Positions 10,169 to 21,786 are shown, numbered from the stretch's first letter. The stretch is DNA of 64,000 nt from Alphaproteobacteria bacterium (GCA_018662925.1 JABJFC010000057.1:19194-83193), one strand, 5' to 3'. Translations and numbers: made by a program. Notes: generated by a model not told the origin, from the sequence alone.

Positions 10169-10846
10169 CTATGCTGGCAGCTTTCTGTGCCATAGTATTG
10201 GGGCTGCGCTCTTTAAATTCACACTAAAAATGGTGTATTCGGGGAGCTTCGTGGTTGGATTTATGCAGCTCAGATTGAATGTACCATTCTTTCGGCCCTT
10301 GGTGACACGCCTAACGTAGGTGGCACCATCTTCTGTTTCAACAATACAGTTATTATTGAGAGCAGCTTCAGAAAGGTCGTTACCTGACTTTCTAATACCA
10401 CCAACATAATCTCCAGGCGCATAGAAGGGGAGCATGGCATCGTCAGAAACAAGACGAATATCAGCATCTTTATTTGCCTTTTGAAAAGTGCGGACCTCTG
10501 TCATCACACCAACTTCTTTCTGCAGATGCTTTAGGTCGTTATTTACAATGCTATCCACGGAGGAATCAATAACTGACTCTATTTCCTCAATGGGGCGCGG
10601 CGAGATACCTTTTCCAGACAGAAGCCACTCTACTGTACAAAAAACTTTCGCTTCCTTAAGCATTGTGACAATTCGTTTCGCGATCTTATCTTTGATTGGG
10701 TTCCTTCCAAGTTCCCAAGCATAGTAAGTATGCTTACTTATTCCAAATGTGTCGGGTATATCATTCAACGTTATCCCCGATAATCGTCGAGCAAGACGAA
10801 GTCGGTCCGCCCTTTGCTCAAATTCTAGTTCTGTTACATTAGTCAT
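10169..10846 (-). CDS. XRE-family HTH transcriptional regulator with CI/LexA-like C-terminal (S24-like, possibly non-catalytic) domain
   Basis: N-terminal Cro/C1-type HTH (ITLNDIPDTFGISKHTYYAWELG); C-terminal beta-rich domain lacks an obvious GDSM catalytic Ser. Confidence 0.55.
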   Translation of the reverse strand: MTNVTELEFEQRADRLRLARRLSGITLNDIPDTFGISKHTYYAWELGRNPIKDKIAKRIVTMLKEAKVFCTVEWLLSGKGISPRPIEEIESVIDSSVDSIVNNDLKHLQKEVGVMTEVRTFQKANKDADIRLVSDDAMLPFYAPGDYVGGIRKSGNDLSEAALNNNCIVETEDGATYVRRVTKGRKNGTFNLSCINPTTKLPEYTIFSVNLKSAAPILWHRKLPA

Positions 10847-11037
10847 TTGCCCATTCTCCTATATTACAGCAAATTGGATACATAAAACTTGCTCTTTACT
10901 ATACCAAAATTCCGTATCCATAGAATACAAATAAATAATACTTGAGCGTATTTCAAGTCAAATTCGTATAAAAATGAAATAAAATACACTTTTTATCTAT
11001 TATTATGGCGGGGTTCGGCTTAACCCTTTGTTATATA

Positions 11038-12600
11038 TTAATTATTTTTGCGCCTCAAAAAGGCTGGAATTTCCAGAGATTCTGTATCAATTTCATCCAA
11101 AGGAGAGTCGATTTGGTTAATCTTCGATGAGGAAGCCTGATTTTTGTTTCCGGAACTTTGGTCATGCCCTTTTTGTACGTGCGAAGAAGCTTCTGATTTG
11201 CGTGCCATGCCGGCTAATCTAGCAAAAAAGCCAGGGCGGCGAGTTTCTTTCTTCGCTGGAGCCTCTTCAGTTAGTTCTGCAAAAGCAGGAGGCGTTTCCT
11301 CTTCCTGGGGGAACAGGACAGTTTGTTCATTATTTCCCTCAATAACGCCCTTTTGAGCTTGGGATTCTTCGTCATTCTCTAGTATATGATCAAGATCTAG
11401 AGGATCTATTTCATCAGGAGAGGACAAGTCTGCTAAATCTTCGTTGCCTCCTTCTGTTTTATTTGCGGCTATTGAGCCCTCGAAAAGAGAAATAGTATCT
11501 GGAACTGAAGTTTGGGTTTGGTTTGATACAAAACCTTGATTTTGTGGGAGCGTAAAGCTCTCAGGAGATTCAATTCCAGTTGCAACAACGGATACACGTA
11601 TTTTTCCACTTAATTTTTCATCGAAAGTGGATCCAAAAATAATCTGTGCATTAGAGTCAACTTCATCCCTAACTCTATTTGCGGCTTCATCGACCTCAAA
11701 AAGGGTCATGTCATGGCCACCTGTTATGTTAATCAGAACGCCTCTTGCGCCCTTCATGGAAACATCGTCCAGAAGTGGATTAGAAATGGCCGCTTCTGCG
11801 GATTCAATGGCTCGGTTGTCGCCTTCGGCCTCTCCCGTTCCCATCATGGCTTTCCCCATTTCACTCATGACAGATCTTACGTCTGCAAAATCCAGATTAA
11901 TTAACCCAGGCATAATCATGAGGTCTGTGACCCCTCTGACACCAGAGTATAAAACATCGTCGGCCATTTTAAAGGCATCAGCAAAGGTCGTCTTTTCATT
12001 TGCAACGCGGAAGAGGTTTTGGTTGGGAATGATGATGAGTGTATCAACATGTTTCTGGAGTTCGTCGATCCCTTTCTCAGCTAAGCGCATGCGCTGGGCC
12101 CCTTCGAAGTGAAATGGCTTGGTTACAACGCCTACTGTAAGGATTCCTTTTTCACGGGCTGCTTGGGCAATTACTGGCGCGGCACCTGTTCCAGTTCCAC
12201 CACCCATTCCAGCCGTAATGAAGAGCATATGAGCACCGCTAATGTGCTCTTTGACCGTTTCGAGAGCTTCTTCTGCCGAAGCGCGCCCAACGTCTGGCCG
12301 AGAACCTGCTCCAAGTCCCTGTGTAATTTCAAAACCCAACTGAATTTTCTTTTCGGCTAGGGACTCACCTAAAGCCTGTGCATCCGTATTGCAGGCTGAA
12401 AATTCTGCGCCTTCTAGTTTAAGGCGAATCATGTTATTTACAGCATTGCCTCCTGCACCACCGACGCCGATCACTGAGATACGCGGTTTCAGATCTTTTA
12501 GATTTTCAACATTTGATGAAGTCGTTAAATCAAGGGGCTCAGTGGTGGTAGAGGTAGTCATTCTATGTTCTCCATGTTTATCAAAAGACCTGAGGGTCAA
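11038..12600 (-). CDS. ftsZ: Cell division protein FtsZ (long alphaproteobacterial-type C-terminal linker)
   Basis: [13 protein letters not shown] tubulin signature; 520 aa with acidic/Pro-rich linker and conserved C-terminal peptide. Confidence 0.97.
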   Translation of the reverse strand: MTLRSFDKHGEHRMTTSTTTEPLDLTTSSNVENLKDLKPRISVIGVGGAGGNAVNNMIRLKLEGAEFSACNTDAQALGESLAEKKIQLGFEITQGLGAGSRPDVGRASAEEALETVKEHISGAHMLFITAGMGGGTGTGAAPVIAQAAREKGILTVGVVTKPFHFEGAQRMRLAEKGIDELQKHVDTLIIIPNQNLFRVANEKTTFADAFKMADDVLYSGVRGVTDLMIMPGLINLDFADVRSVMSEMGKAMMGTGEAEGDNRAIESAEAAISNPLLDDVSMKGARGVLINITGGHDMTLFEVDEAANRVRDEVDSNAQIIFGSTFDEKLSGKIRVSVVATGIESPESFTLPQNQGFVSNQTQTSVPDTISLFEGSIAANKTEGGNEDLADLSSPDEIDPLDLDHILENDEESQAQKGVIEGNNEQTVLFPQEEETPPAFAELTEEAPAKKETRRPGFFARLAGMARKSEASSHVQKGHDQSSGNKNQASSSKINQIDSPLDEIDTESLEIPAFLRRKNN

Positions 12601-12624
12601 CCTACACTATTTCGTACTATTGTC

Positions 12625-13863
12625 CTAAAAATATTTTTGTATCCATGCTTGTAATCGTTCCACTACTCCCATGGACATTTTTCCTTCCGATAAGTAATAA
12701 GATCGAGATTGCAAAGCGAAGCTCAAAAGTCCGGCACTTGTTGCGAAAGAGGGCCCCGAGGCTGTTTCGCTTAATCCTTGTATATGCAGAGGTTTTCCCA
12801 GTCTTACCTGACGATCTAAGATAAGACTTGCGAGCTCTTTGATGCCAGCAATTTGACTGCCTCCTCCTGTGATCACCACGCGTCGGCTTGCTGCCTTTGC
12901 TAATTTATTTTGATCCAAATGATTTTTGACAATCTCAAGTATTTCTTCAAGTCTTGGGCGAATAATTTTGTTAAGGGTCGCTTTAGATATTTGAGTTGCT
13001 TGAGTTGGGTGGTCCTCCCCTATTTGGGGGACTACGATGGTTTCTTTTTCATCCTTTGGTGTGGAAATGGCACTTCCATAGAGTGTTTTAAGCCGCTCTG
13101 CTTGTATTACAGGGGTTGAAAGACCTTGAGCAATGTCATTGGTGATATGGATTCCTCCAATGGGGATGTTATCAATGTAGACACAGTGGCCTCCCATAAA
13201 CGAGGCAATATTTGTGCTCCCTCCTCCTAGATCTAAAACTGTTACGCCAAGATCTCTCTCATCTTCTACCAGGATTGCGAGACCCGAAGCATAGGCGGAG
13301 GACACAAAATCACACACGTCAAGATGACAGTGTTCTATACATGTGGATAAATTTCGAATGAGTCCTGTAGGAGAACTAATAACATGCAGACTGACACCCA
13401 ATCGTTCTCCATACATGCCTCGAGGATCTCTTATGCCACGATTCCCGTCAATAGTGTATCCGATAGGAAAGGCGTGAATTATTTTCTTTTCTCTCGTGCT
13501 AGAAATGGCTTGTTGGCTTTGACTCAATACCTTTTGGATATCTGAATCGGAAATCTCGTGTGAAGTGATCGGTGTATCAACATCTATAATTTGTGATGCT
13601 ACTTTTCCGGAAATACTCACAAAAACGTCGTGAATGGTTTCCTTCGCCATTTCCTCGGCATTCTGTACGGCATTTAGGGTCGCATTTACAGCGGCCTCCA
13701 TATCAACAATGAAGCCATTTTTGAGCCCTTTTGATAACTGATTTCCAAGGCCAATGACTTTTAAAGTATTATCTTCTTCGACGCGTGCAATAGCGCAGCA
13801 TATTTTCGTCGTTCCAATATCCAGTGCGGTAATTAAGTCATTCTTAGAAAAGGTTTTTTTCAT
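12625..13863 (-). CDS. ftsA: Cell division protein FtsA
   Basis: actin-like ATPase fold motifs (DIGTTKI, VLDLGGGST), position between ftsQ and ftsZ. Confidence 0.95.
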   Translation of the reverse strand: MKKTFSKNDLITALDIGTTKICCAIARVEEDNTLKVIGLGNQLSKGLKNGFIVDMEAAVNATLNAVQNAEEMAKETIHDVFVSISGKVASQIIDVDTPITSHEISDSDIQKVLSQSQQAISSTREKKIIHAFPIGYTIDGNRGIRDPRGMYGERLGVSLHVISSPTGLIRNLSTCIEHCHLDVCDFVSSAYASGLAILVEDERDLGVTVLDLGGGSTNIASFMGGHCVYIDNIPIGGIHITNDIAQGLSTPVIQAERLKTLYGSAISTPKDEKETIVVPQIGEDHPTQATQISKATLNKIIRPRLEEILEIVKNHLDQNKLAKAASRRVVITGGGSQIAGIKELASLILDRQVRLGKPLHIQGLSETASGPSFATSAGLLSFALQSRSYYLSEGKMSMGVVERLQAWIQKYF

Positions 13864-13880
13864 GATTGTTTGTGTGCTTT

Positions 13881-14738
13881 CTAGGCTTCTTTCCCACGTG
13901 ACTTTCCAATCCCAGGTTTTCTTGAGTTAGGGCGCGCTGGTATTTTATCTTTCATCTGTAAGACTACATGAGGCAGAAAACGTAAATCAACAACAGAAAT
14001 GTCTCTTGTCCCTAATTTTTGATTTTCTTCCATAGCAACAAGAGATTGAAGGGCATCGGCAAAATTTTCTTCTGGGAGTTTAACCAACACTTCGTTTGAA
14101 AGATGAAGATTCCACCTGCGTTTATCCACATAAACGGCAGCCTTTAGCTTTTTTTTCATAAAGGGGACTTTCAAAACAACTTCTAAAAATTTTGGAGCTT
14201 TTTCAGCTGATCCTTCTCCAATAATAATGGGGAGATGCCGGAAAGGCGAAACCGGTATCGTATCCATTGTGAGCCCGCGATCATCGAGGAGAGAAAGTTT
14301 TTTCTTACTCTGCCAGAGTGCAAGAGGCTTTCGCTCAGAAAGTCGAATATAGAGTGTATCTGGCAGGCGTCGCTGCACCATGGCAGAGCGCACCCAAGGG
14401 AGGCGCTCCAAGTTATCCTTTATCTCACTGGGGTCGCACAAAAGGATGGAATCGCCTTTTTTTCTGTTGAGAGCAGTATATATTTGCTCCTTTTCTGTTT
14501 TGTTGCGACCTTCAATGAGTATGCCTTCGATTATGAATCCAGCCTTTTCTGACAAATTGACAATACTGTTGTGTACGAGAGTCATCCCTTTGTCCAAAAC
14601 ATTTTGAGACTTTAACCAAATAAGTCCGAGGGTAATAAGCAACAAGACAAACGGGACTCGTCCTTTCCGAAGAGAGACTTTCCAGAGAGGGGCTTTTTTT
14701 CTGCGGGTTTTATTTCTTGGTTGAGTTGCTTTCTTCAT
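13881..14738 (-). CDS. ftsQ: Cell division protein FtsQ (POTRA)
   Basis: single N-terminal TM then POTRA-like region; synteny. Confidence 0.85.
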   Translation of the reverse strand: MKKATQPRNKTRRKKAPLWKVSLRKGRVPFVLLLITLGLIWLKSQNVLDKGMTLVHNSIVNLSEKAGFIIEGILIEGRNKTEKEQIYTALNRKKGDSILLCDPSEIKDNLERLPWVRSAMVQRRLPDTLYIRLSERKPLALWQSKKKLSLLDDRGLTMDTIPVSPFRHLPIIIGEGSAEKAPKFLEVVLKVPFMKKKLKAAVYVDKRRWNLHLSNEVLVKLPEENFADALQSLVAMEENQKLGTRDISVVDLRFLPHVVLQMKDKIPARPNSRKPGIGKSRGKEA

Positions 14739-15661
14739 TTTTTCTCTTGCCCAAGGAGTTGTATTTCCATTCTGAGATTAATTCCAGAGTTTTTCAAGAC
14801 GCGTTGATGAACTTCATGAACAAGTTTTTCCAGGTCGCTGGCTGTGGCAGCACCCGTATTTATAAGGAAGTTGCAGTGTTGTTCAGATATAAGGGCGCCA
14901 CCTATCTTCAACCCACGGCATCCTGCTTGATCTATAAGTTCCCATGCTCTTAGCCCTCCCGACTCAGAGGGATCCGGATTGGTAAAGGTACATCCTCCCG
15001 TTCTCGCACGTGTAGGTTGACTGGTTTCTCGGGTGCTCATGATTTCTTGTATTTTAGCTTTGATAACTTCTGCTTTTTCCGGGATTCCTTGAAGATGAGC
15101 ATCTAGAAAAATCCATTTGTCTGGAATGCCACAGAATCTATGGGAGAAGTTCATCTCATTTACGGGAATGCTATGGATGGTACCATTAGGGTCCACGGCA
15201 GTGGCAGAAACGAGGATGTCTTTCATTTCTCGACCATAGGCACCTGCATTCATACGGAGGGCGCCTCCAATTGTGCCAGGTATTCCTGAAAGAAATTCGA
15301 GTCCTCCCAATTCTTGCTCCATGGCATACTGTGAAACAGAGCGATCGAGACAGCCTGCACCAACCAAAAGCGTATTCCCCTCCTCACGTCGGCACTGGAT
15401 AAATCCTCTTCCCAGACGAATAACGACCCCTGGAATACCTGCCTCACGGACAAGTACATTTGAACCAACCCCGAAAATGGTAATGGGAACGTCTTGGGGC
15501 TTTCTTTGCAGAAAGGCAATCAAATCGTCCTTATCTTTTGGTTTAAACAGGACTTCTGCAGGTCCTCCTACCCGAAGCCAAGTGATGGTTGCCATGGAGG
15601 TGTTTTCTGTATAACGACCTTGAACGGGAGGCAGTTGGTTTAGTAAAGAAGTTTTGGACAT
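14735..15661 (-). CDS. murB: UDP-N-acetylenolpyruvoylglucosamine reductase MurB
   Basis: FAD-binding motif region (GVGSNVLV), 308 aa, synteny. Confidence 0.9.
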   Translation of the reverse strand: MSKTSLLNQLPPVQGRYTENTSMATITWLRVGGPAEVLFKPKDKDDLIAFLQRKPQDVPITIFGVGSNVLVREAGIPGVVIRLGRGFIQCRREEGNTLLVGAGCLDRSVSQYAMEQELGGLEFLSGIPGTIGGALRMNAGAYGREMKDILVSATAVDPNGTIHSIPVNEMNFSHRFCGIPDKWIFLDAHLQGIPEKAEVIKAKIQEIMSTRETSQPTRARTGGCTFTNPDPSESGGLRAWELIDQAGCRGLKIGGALISEQHCNFLINTGAATASDLEKLVHEVHQRVLKNSGINLRMEIQLLGQEKK

Positions 15662-15662
15662 T

Positions 15663-17177
15663 TTAGATCGCTGTAGAAAGGGGCTTGTCGGACGCAGAAT
15701 TTTTCAATTCCTCAGAGATTGCATATGCCCATTGAGTAATGTTTCCAGCTCCCATGAAAATTAGGTAGTCATCTGGGGCAAGTCTACTTTCTAAGAGCGG
15801 AATAATTTCCTCGGGAGAATCAATGGTATGGATGCAGTCCTTAGGAACTTCTGAGATGGATTGGGCGAGAGTTTCATGATTGATATTTGGGATTGGAGTC
15901 TCTCCAGCGGCAAAAACGGGCGCGACGATGACTTCGTCAGCTCCTTTTAAGCAGGTTGAAAATTCTTTAAAAAGATCTTCTAAACGGCTGTACCTATGGG
16001 GTTGAAGCACAGCGATAACGCGACCTTTGCAAACTTCTTTTGCAGTATTCATCACGGCAACAATCTCTGTGGGGTGGTGGGCATAGTCATCAAAAACATG
16101 GACCCCATTTATGTGCCCAACTTTCGTAAATCGTCGTTTGACGCCGGAAAAAGTCTCAAGACCTTTTCTAACAAGTTTTTCAGGGAGGTTCATCTTTTCG
16201 GCAATAGCGATGGCTGCTAACGCATTCTGGATATTATGCTTACCGAGCATAGACAGTCGTACGTCTTTTAGGACCTTTTCCTCTTGATCGGGCAGAGAGA
16301 TGTGAGCATCAAAGATGGAGAGGGTTTGATCTACAGTCCTAATATTAGTTCCTCGAATCTGGGCTGGGTTTTCCAGGCCATAGGTGACTAAGGATCGATT
16401 TTCAATGGTTGGAATGAGTTCTTTCACAACATCATTGTCTGTGCACATTGCGGCAAAACCATAAAAAGGAATGTTTTGGACAAAGGTGCAGAAAGATTTT
16501 TTGAGAACGTCAAAGGAACCATAATATTCCATGTGTTCAGGATCGATGTTTGTGACAACACCTATGGTCGCAGGAATTTTTAGGAAGCTTCCATCGGATT
16601 CGTCAGACTCAACAACCATCCAGTCGCCTTGTCCAAGATATGCATTGGTGCCATGGGAATTGATGATTCCACCGTTGACGACGGTAGGATCTAGATCTGC
16701 TGCCGATAAGACGGCTGAGACGAGGGAAGTAGTGGTTGTTTTGCCGTGACTTCCCGCAATGGCGATTGTCCATTTGAGGCGTGTAAGCTGTCCTAACATC
16801 TCAGATCGATGTACAATAGGGATCCCACGCTTTTTTGCAGCAACGATTTCAGGGTTGTCATCTTTAATAGCTGAGGAAACAACAAGGACGCTTGCAGAGT
16901 CAATATTTTGGGCTTTTTGTCCCAAAAATATTGGGATCCCAAGGTCTTTAAGTCGTTTTACATTAGCACTTTCAGATGCATCACTTCCTTGAACCAATTG
17001 GCCCAGGTTGTGAAGAATTTCTGCAATGCCACTCATTCCAATTCCCCCAATTCCTACAAAATGAAGGCGTCCAATGGAAAGGGGGGAAAGCGCAATACTT
17101 TTCATAATAATACTTTCAATAGGTGATATTCCTCTTCTTATCCAATGGTTTTGCAAGTGAGTCAACCACTTTTGCAA
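15663..17177 (-). CDS. murC: UDP-N-acetylmuramate--L-alanine ligase MurC
   Basis: IHFVGIGGIGMSGIA N-terminal Rossmann, GSHGKTTT P-loop. Confidence 0.93.
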   Translation of the reverse strand: MQKWLTHLQNHWIRRGISPIESIIMKSIALSPLSIGRLHFVGIGGIGMSGIAEILHNLGQLVQGSDASESANVKRLKDLGIPIFLGQKAQNIDSASVLVVSSAIKDDNPEIVAAKKRGIPIVHRSEMLGQLTRLKWTIAIAGSHGKTTTTSLVSAVLSAADLDPTVVNGGIINSHGTNAYLGQGDWMVVESDESDGSFLKIPATIGVVTNIDPEHMEYYGSFDVLKKSFCTFVQNIPFYGFAAMCTDNDVVKELIPTIENRSLVTYGLENPAQIRGTNIRTVDQTLSIFDAHISLPDQEEKVLKDVRLSMLGKHNIQNALAAIAIAEKMNLPEKLVRKGLETFSGVKRRFTKVGHINGVHVFDDYAHHPTEIVAVMNTAKEVCKGRVIAVLQPHRYSRLEDLFKEFSTCLKGADEVIVAPVFAAGETPIPNINHETLAQSISEVPKDCIHTIDSPEEIIPLLESRLAPDDYLIFMGAGNITQWAYAISEELKNSASDKPLSTAI

Positions 17178-18240
17178 GCCTTTCAGCTGCCTTTGTATGC
17201 TGCTGAGAATCTAAGCTTGAAGACATTTCATTTAAGGTTGCTGGATTGGATAACAGGAAGGACAATTTTTCTGCTAGCGCCTTGGGAGAAAGAGATTTTT
17301 CTGGAAAGACGTATCCACCTCCAACAGTTTCAATATGGCGTGCATTTTTGGTTTGGTGATCATCTGTTGCATGGGGTAGGGGAACAAGAATACTTGGACG
17401 TGAAGTGACAATAAGCTCCGTTACACTAGAGGCGCCCGCTCTGCATATGACAAGATGGGCTTTGCCTAGTTTCTGAGTCATGTCACGAAAAAAGGGGGAG
17501 ATTTCGTGTGAAATTCCAAGCTTCTCTATATCTGTGCACGTTGTTTCTAATAACTCTTCTCGGCATTGTTGGACAAGATGAATACGAGATCGCAGAGAGG
17601 CGTCCATAAGAGAAAGTGACTTGGGAATGAGTTGGCTAAAAACACGTGCTCCTTGACTCCCACCAAGAACGAGTAGATTAAATGGCCCCTCTTTTTTAGG
17701 GGGAGAATAGCGAGTGTTGGAGAGCTTTTTAATTTCTGGGCGGACTGGGTTTCCAGTCACAACACATTTAGCTTTTGACTTTTTCCCAATTCGATCAGTG
17801 TGCTCAAAGGAAAGTGCAATACTTTTTACGTAGGGAGCAAAGAGACGATTTACCTGACCAAGTACAGAGTTTTGCTCATGGATAATTGTGGGGATTTTCA
17901 TTAAAATAGCAGCTAAGAGGGGAGGTGTTGATGGGTATCCTCCAAGTCCGATAACACAAACTGGATTGAGTTTTTTGAGCGTTTGCCGGGCACGTCTTGC
18001 GGCCTTTAGAATGGGAAATACTTTAGCTAATTTTGCAGTGATGGATGTTTTGCCAGAGAGCTTATTGAGAATTGGAATGATTGTCACACAATCGGGGAGA
18101 TCGCTGTATCGTTGGCCACGATGATCTGTCAGGAGAGCCACGTCATATCCGCGTTTCAAAAGCTCATGGGCAAGGGCTGTGGCTGGAAAAATATGTCCTC
18201 CAGTTCCACCTGACGCCAAAACCACGCAGGGCTTTTTCAT
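17116..18240 (-). CDS. murG: MurG (UDP-GlcNAc:lipid I GlcNAc transferase); true start at Met-93 of the 17116..18516 ORF
   Basis: MKKPCVVLASGGTGGHIFPA at the conserved MurG N-terminus; ATG at 18238-18240 (rc) overlaps ftsW stop as ATGA; upstream 92 codons have no MurG similarity. Confidence 0.9.
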   Translation of the reverse strand: MKKPCVVLASGGTGGHIFPATALAHELLKRGYDVALLTDHRGQRYSDLPDCVTIIPILNKLSGKTSITAKLAKVFPILKAARRARQTLKKLNPVCVIGLGGYPSTPPLLAAILMKIPTIIHEQNSVLGQVNRLFAPYVKSIALSFEHTDRIGKKSKAKCVVTGNPVRPEIKKLSNTRYSPPKKEGPFNLLVLGGSQGARVFSQLIPKSLSLMDASLRSRIHLVQQCREELLETTCTDIEKLGISHEISPFFRDMTQKLGKAHLVICRAGASSVTELIVTSRPSILVPLPHATDDHQTKNARHIETVGGGYVFPEKSLSPKALAEKLSFLLSNPATLNEMSSSLDSQQHTKAAERLAKVVDSLAKPLDKKRNITY

Positions 18241-19436
18241 TCCTCCCCTCCTTTTCCTCTTTTGGTCAGGGCTAAAAGCATTCCCATTCCGAGAGACAGA
18301 GCAAGAAGAGAGGATCCCCCATAGCTCAAAAAGGGAAGGGTCATGCCTTTCGTGGGAATCAGATGAAGAGAAGAAGCCATGTTGATCAAGGCCTGTAGGG
18401 CAAATTGTGTGGTAAGTCCAGCAACGGCCAAAATATGAAACAAGTTGTTTTGACCAAAAACCCGCGAGAGGCTTCTTAGAACAATAAAGGAAAAAATGCC
18501 CACGACAATCAGGCATAAAATAAGTCCAAATTCCTCTCCAGCAACGGCAAAAATAAAATCTGCATGTGCGTCTGGAAGATGTTTTTTTACAATCCCTTCT
18601 CCTGGGCCCATGCCAAAAAACCCTCCATTCATGAAGGCATCTAAGGACTGGCTAATTTGATACTGATCTCCAGCATTCGGATCCAAAAAGCGGTCAATGC
18701 GGCTTGATACGTGTGGAAGGAAGATGTAGGCCCCTAATAGGCCTGTGACACCCAAACCAGAGCCAGCGACAACCCAGATGAGAGGGAGACCTGCCAGGAA
18801 GAACTGTGTGAACCATATGGCAGAAATAACAAAGGTCATTCCAAGATCTGGTTGCAGGAGGATCAGTGCAGCAGTGATGGCATAGAGCCCTCCAGCGATG
18901 AGCGGAAAAGGTGTTTCTGGGTTTTTGTGCTTTTCGGAAAAAAGCCAAGCCATGACAATAGCGAGTGATGGTTTTATAAATTCTGATGGTTGGAGTGAGA
19001 ATCCGCCGAGGCTGATCCATCTGCGGGCTCCTTTTATTTCCGTTCCAAAGAGTAGTGTTGCAACTAACAGAAATAGACAGACGCCAAATAGAATAATAGA
19101 TATGCGGCGAATTTGCTGTGGAGACAACAGGGATACGGAAATGAGAAGGATAAAGCTTGGGACCATCATCGCAAATTGCCTTCGAACAAAATAATAGGAA
19201 TCCAAATTAATTCGTTCGGCAATGAGAGGGGTTCCTGCAAAACTCAAGATACCTCCTATAGCCATAAGAAGGCACAGTGCAGTGAGGCTCCAACGGTCTA
19301 CAGTCCACCACCAACGTCCAAGGATACTTGTATCTGTTCTAAGAAACATGAGAGGTCCTTTTCTCAATTTTAAGGAGCTCATGAACTTGACGTTTAAAGG
19401 CGTCTCCCCTTGCCTCAAAATCCTTGAATTGATCAA
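18237..19436 (-). CDS. ftsW: Lipid II flippase / SEDS protein FtsW
   Basis: 10-TM SEDS family motifs; synteny; 98-bp overlap with murD suggests a later start (Met-30, ~19349). Confidence 0.9.
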   Translation of the reverse strand: MINSRILRQGETPLNVKFMSSLKLRKGPLMFLRTDTSILGRWWWTVDRWSLTALCLLMAIGGILSFAGTPLIAERINLDSYYFVRRQFAMMVPSFILLISVSLLSPQQIRRISIILFGVCLFLLVATLLFGTEIKGARRWISLGGFSLQPSEFIKPSLAIVMAWLFSEKHKNPETPFPLIAGGLYAITAALILLQPDLGMTFVISAIWFTQFFLAGLPLIWVVAGSGLGVTGLLGAYIFLPHVSSRIDRFLDPNAGDQYQISQSLDAFMNGGFFGMGPGEGIVKKHLPDAHADFIFAVAGEEFGLILCLIVVGIFSFIVLRSLSRVFGQNNLFHILAVAGLTTQFALQALINMASSLHLIPTKGMTLPFLSYGGSSLLALSLGMGMLLALTKRGKGGEE

Positions 19437-20676
19437 AGGCTGTACAGGCTGGTGACAACAGGATAGTCGGATTCTTAGTTCCAGAAGAAAGAGCCGTAGA
19501 ATGGGCTTCTAACAATGCTTTGTCGAGGGTTTGCACTTTCGTGAAGGGGATTTTTCCCTCTAAATCCTTTGCAAAGCTATCGGTTGCTTCTCCAATTAAA
19601 TAGGCGTGGAGGATGTTGGGAAAATAGGGAGAAAGTGTGTTTAAGGATTCTTCTTTTCCTCTGCCGCCGGCAATCCATAAAATGTTTTTGTAAGTGGCAA
19701 GAGCTTGTGATGCGGCGACAACACTTGTGGCTTTGCTATCATTCACATATCGAATCCCATCATGAACGCAAATGACTTCTTGCCGATGGGGGAGTCCTGG
19801 GAAACTCTGGAAAGCCTTTTCAACAATTTTTTGATCAATTCCAAGGGTCTTGGCAACATGATAGGCCGCTGCGGCATTTTGCTTGTTATGACTGCCTTGC
19901 AAGGCGGGATAAGATGAAAAATTCAATATTTGATCGGGAATAACATTTGCAATGACGTTGAGGGATTTTCTGGATTGAAGATCCTTCAGAATTGTGGCTG
20001 TTTCTGTATCATCAGATCCAATGATGGCCGTATTTTTTACATGATTGAATATCAATTTCTTTGCTGCCACATAGCCTTGTAAATTATGATGCCGATCTAG
20101 GTGGTCAGGTGTAATGTTTAACAGGAGGGCAATTTCTGGATGAAGGGAGGGCGTCAGCTCCAGCTGAAATGAAGAGCACTCAATGACATAGAATCCATCT
20201 TCTGGAATAGGCGCAAGATCCAACACGCAGATCCCTATATTACCCCCAATGCGGCAAGGAATTTTTGCTTCTTGAAGCATGTGGCCAATGAGGGATGTCG
20301 TGGTGGATTTGCCATTGGTACCCGTAATGCAAATAAGATGTGCCTTGGGATTCCCTCTAACAAATAATTCCATGTCTCCGATGATTGGGATTTGTAAGTC
20401 CTTAGCTTTTTGAGCCACAGGATGGGGCTTTGGAAATGTGTGTGGAATCCCGGGGCTGAGCACAAGAGCGTCTATCTTCTCTGTCTCCCATGAAAATTCC
20501 ATCAAGTCTTTTAGGGGGATACCCCTGCTTGCGGCTTTCTCTCGGGTTTCCTGGTTATTGTCCCAAGCGATGACATTAATGCCCCGCTCTAGAAGCCAAA
20601 GAGCTGAGGCAATTCCTGAGCGTCCTAGGCCTAAAAGGACGACGCTCTTTGGGAGAGGGGGAATATTGAATGACAC
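19339..20676 (-). CDS. murD: UDP-N-acetylmuramoylalanine--D-glutamate ligase MurD
   Basis: VVLLGLGRSGIA N-terminus, GTNGKSTT P-loop. Confidence 0.92.
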   Translation of the reverse strand: MSFNIPPLPKSVVLLGLGRSGIASALWLLERGINVIAWDNNQETREKAASRGIPLKDLMEFSWETEKIDALVLSPGIPHTFPKPHPVAQKAKDLQIPIIGDMELFVRGNPKAHLICITGTNGKSTTTSLIGHMLQEAKIPCRIGGNIGICVLDLAPIPEDGFYVIECSSFQLELTPSLHPEIALLLNITPDHLDRHHNLQGYVAAKKLIFNHVKNTAIIGSDDTETATILKDLQSRKSLNVIANVIPDQILNFSSYPALQGSHNKQNAAAAYHVAKTLGIDQKIVEKAFQSFPGLPHRQEVICVHDGIRYVNDSKATSVVAASQALATYKNILWIAGGRGKEESLNTLSPYFPNILHAYLIGEATDSFAKDLEGKIPFTKVQTLDKALLEAHSTALSSGTKNPTILLSPACTAFDQFKDFEARGDAFKRQVHELLKIEKRTSHVS

Positions 20677-20691
20677 GTTATATGGCCCCCT

Positions 20692-21783
20692 TTAGCGCAG
20701 TTTTAAAGTGGCAAGACCAATCAGTGCTAAAACGACTGCAATGATCCAAAATCGGATAACGATGGTGGGTTCTGCCCAGCCTTTCTTTTCAAAGTGATGG
20801 TGGAGGGGCGCCATTAAGAAAATACGCTTGCCGCCGGACATCTTAAAATATGCCACTTGCAGGATAACTGAAACAGTTTCAACAACGAATAACCCTCCAA
20901 TGATGGCAAGAACCAGTTCGTGTTTGGTAATGATGCTGATGGCGCCAAGGGATCCTCCTACGGAAAGAGAACCAGTATCTCCCATAAAGATCATGGCAGG
21001 GGGAGCATTGAACCAGAGGAAACCAAGCCCGGCTCCGATGAGGGCACCACAAAAGACGGCTAACTCCCCACTTTGGGGCACAAAGTTGATCTGAAGATAG
21101 TGGGCGAAAATATTGTTTCCAACCAAATAGGAAATCAGAGCAAAGCAAAGGGTTGCAATGATGATGGGGCCAATGGCCAAGCCATCCAGGCCGTCGGTCA
21201 AATTAACGGCATTGGAAGTGCCGATGAGCACTAGGATCGCAAACGGAATGAAAAGGACACCAAAGTTTATCAGGAGATTTTTCACAAAGGGAACGGCTAG
21301 ATGGCTTTCCAGGGTTTCTGGCATTAGATAGCTGATCCAATAGGCGCCAATCCCTGCGATGATAAGTTGTAATAAGAGTTTGAGTTTTCCAGATAGACCC
21401 TTCGTGTTCCGGCGGGTTAATTTGAGATAGTCATCGATCCAACCGATACCACCAAATCCGGTGGTAATGAAAAGCGTTGCCCAAACGAAACCATTGGTCA
21501 GATTCGCCCATAAAAGCGTGCTGATAACGAGGGAGAAGAGGATTAAGCTTCCTCCCATGGTGGGCGTTCCTTGTTTCGTGAGAAGGTGACTTTCTGGGCC
21601 ATCTTCACGGATAGGTTGCCCCTCTTTTTGAATACTTTTGAGCCAACGAATCAGGGAAGGGCCTACAAAAAATGAAATAGCCAGAGCCGTAAGAATCGCT
21701 CCTCCCATCCGAAAGGTAATGTATCGGAAGAGATTTAAAAACGTTACATCCTGAGCTAAATTACTGAAAATATGGTAAAACAT
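20692..21783 (-). CDS. mraY: Phospho-N-acetylmuramoyl-pentapeptide transferase MraY
   Basis: polytopic membrane protein with MraY signature regions ([13 protein letters not shown]). Confidence 0.95.
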   Translation of the reverse strand: MFYHIFSNLAQDVTFLNLFRYITFRMGGAILTALAISFFVGPSLIRWLKSIQKEGQPIREDGPESHLLTKQGTPTMGGSLILFSLVISTLLWANLTNGFVWATLFITTGFGGIGWIDDYLKLTRRNTKGLSGKLKLLLQLIIAGIGAYWISYLMPETLESHLAVPFVKNLLINFGVLFIPFAILVLIGTSNAVNLTDGLDGLAIGPIIIATLCFALISYLVGNNIFAHYLQINFVPQSGELAVFCGALIGAGLGFLWFNAPPAMIFMGDTGSLSVGGSLGAISIITKHELVLAIIGGLFVVETVSVILQVAYFKMSGGKRIFLMAPLHHHFEKKGWAEPTIVIRFWIIAVVLALIGLATLKLR

Positions 21784-21786
21784 TAT

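Noticed and set aside
17888-19455. Multiple plus-strand ORFs inside murG/ftsW
   Set aside because: Antisense to conserved dcw genes
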